From the NCBI RefSeq assembly GCF_964213995.1, contig NW_027590882.1, positions 1 through 64,000 of the forward strand: a DNA stretch of 64,000 nt. Reading direction: 5' to 3'. The translations under genes and the position numbers were made by a program. Below are positions 62,035-64,000 of this stretch, in pieces. Positions within the stretch are counted from its first letter, which is position 1; the number at the start of each line of letters is the position of its first letter. The notes beneath the pieces were generated by a model. The model was not told the origin of the DNA. It did not search any database and saw nothing but the letters and a program-made list of their open reading frames with translations. The stretch comes from Mustelus asterias (Eukaryota).

Positions 62035-62069
62035 AACTGCATTGGACGATGAAATGGATTCAGGTGTGA
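62035..62069 (+). other. TRDC: Start of probable terminal (3'UTR) exon of TRDC
   Basis: Pyrimidine tract and acag| acceptor downstream of the donor at 61439. The 3' end is undetermined; the first AATAAA I noticed is at 63112. Confidence 0.5.
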
Positions 62070-63343
62070 ACTCATTGACTGGGGTATCAAAATCCAGAGG
62101 CTTCCTGATCAGAAGTTCCGCTTCAAGCAATTCAATCTCGCTTGTTTTAAATGGCGACTTAACTTTAAAAGATCCTCTTTTCGGTCACTTTTTTCCACTG
62201 TTATTTTGATTTGAAATTCGTGGTTCTGCGAAAATTCTACTGCTTATGCTACATAAACATTTCAATTATGCATTTCAGCAACAGCGTGGAGCTAGCATTG
62301 ACATGGTGTCTGCCTGCATTAGTGTCGGAGACATTTTTGAAAACAGCATTTTCAATTTTAGGACGTATAGAACTTCGATTTTTATATTCTTTGCTTAGAA
62401 TAGTAGAATCCTATTCCGGAGAAAGCAGCCACTCAGCCCACAGTGACAATGGCAGCCCTTTACAGGGCAATCTAGGTAATGGCACCTCACATGTTCCTTT
62501 TGGTTGTTTTACTCTGGTAGTTATTTTAAACATTGTATTTTAATGCATGCAATTTAAGAGCGTAAGATACGTTAAATCAGCAAGGGTCTGATCGGATTTT
62601 CATCAAACTTTTAGATTGTTGCCAAGGTGATATTCTCTCTCCCGTACTTAATCTTGGACTCCAGATTTTCCTCCCAGTGCCACGGAGGCACCAATCCCCA
62701 GCCTGTGCATCTGGGCCCTTAGAGATAATCGAGCCACCACTTGCCGCCGTGCAGAGCTTTATCATGACACGGCATTTCACAAGTAAGATGAACAAGAGTT
62801 TTTGAACATCTCGCCATGAGCTTAGCCTAAAATCAGGTTATTGCTCTCAAGTTATTTTACAGATGGGACATTCGTACACATTTAAGACCATCCGGTTAGT
62901 CAGGGGAAGCGAGAGTTATGGGGCTAAGGTGGTAAAGTGGAGTTGAGGATAATATCAAACCAACCATGATTTCATTGAAAGGCGAAGCAGCTCCTGTGGG
63001 CCGAATGGTCTACTTCTACTCCTCCGTCTTATGCTCTTCTGGTTCGTTAATCACACCTTTGTGCATATCTGTCACCTTGTTATTTTTTCATATGCATCGC
63101 TTATAATATTGAATAAATTTGCAGTCTTTAATGAAGGGTGTCTTCTGCTTCTTTGTTAACGCGATGGCAAGACATGCATTTGGTTTGGTTGACAGAGAGC
63201 TCTTGTAGTCGCGCAGCACAAATGGAGGCCACTGAGCCCATCATGAGGATACCAGCTCCCCATGGCAGATCCCGCCAATTGGAGCCAATTTATTTTTTAA
63301 AGTCTCTCATAGCAGGAAGGGCTTGGCTCTTAGTGAGCAATTA

Positions 63344-64000
63344 ATGGAGGGGTCACCTGTGGTTGTCCCCCTCCAAAACAAGTATATTGCTTTGGATAGT
63401 GTGGAGGAGGATGACTCTCCAGGGGTAAGCCACAGTGACCAGGTCACTGGCACAGAATCAGGTTCTGTGGCCCGGAAAGGAAAGAGAGGAATTCGGAGAG
63501 CAATAGTGGTGGGGGATGCGTCGGTTCGAGGCACGGATAGGCGATTCTGTGGGTGCGAACGGGACTCCAGGATGGTAGTCTGCCTACCTGGTGTTGGGGT
63601 ACTGGATGTCTCCGAGCGGATAGGAGGCATATTAAAAGGGGAAGATAAAGAAACGGATGTCGTTGTACACATTGGTGCAAATGACGTAGATAGGAAGAGC
63701 AGGGGGATCGTACGAGAGCAATTCAGGGAGTTGGGAAATAGGCGAAAAGGTAGGGCCTCCAGGGTAGCAATAGCTGGGCTGCTCCCAATGTCTCGTGCCA
63801 GTGAGGCTAGGAATAGGGAGTTAATACAATTGAACGCTTGGCTAAAGGACTGGTCCAGGAGGGAGGGCTTCATTTTCCTGGATCATTGGGAAGTTTTCAA
63901 GAGAGGATGGCACCTGTACAAGAAGGATGGGTCACAACTAAATTGGAAGGGCACGAATATCCTGGCTGGGAGTTTTGCTCGTGCAGTTCGGGTGGGTTTA
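63344..64000 (+). mobile_element. CR1 LINE ORF1 (SGNH/esterase-like), open to the window end
   Basis: MEGSPVVVPLQNKYIAL...AIVVGDASVRGTDRRFC..MVVCLPG..VVVHIGAND..NAWLKDW..FLDHW..LYKKDGSQLNWKG. No stop before 64000, so it is absent from the ORF track. Confidence 0.85.

Overview
Eukaryotic, repeat-rich DNA, almost certainly from a cartilaginous fish (shark-type tRNA-derived HE1-like SINEs, CR1/HER1-like LINEs, NAR-type V domain). The right half (30.3-62.1 kb) is a compact, complete, doubly-rearranging T-cell receptor unit on the + strand. In order it holds: leader + NAR-TCR V (22-bp RSS), one D (12/12 RSS), NAR-type J (23 RSS), a leaderless supporting TCR-delta V (23 RSS), an array of about 11 J segments with 12-RSS (about half pseudogenes), and a TCR-delta-type constant gene (Ig, hinge, TM and probable 3' exon). 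No D lies between the supporting V and the first J (about 250 bp apart). That V carries an unusually long germline CDR3 tail, suggesting a germline V-D fusion or a D-less, TCR-mu-like dedicated NAR-TCR mini-locus. The left half has a 14.9-kb head-to-tail trimer of a young Tx1-clade non-LTR retrotransposon, a CpG-island promoter with tandem YY1/RFX modules, and many decayed repeats. Most ORFs in the supplied track are repeat-derived or spurious.
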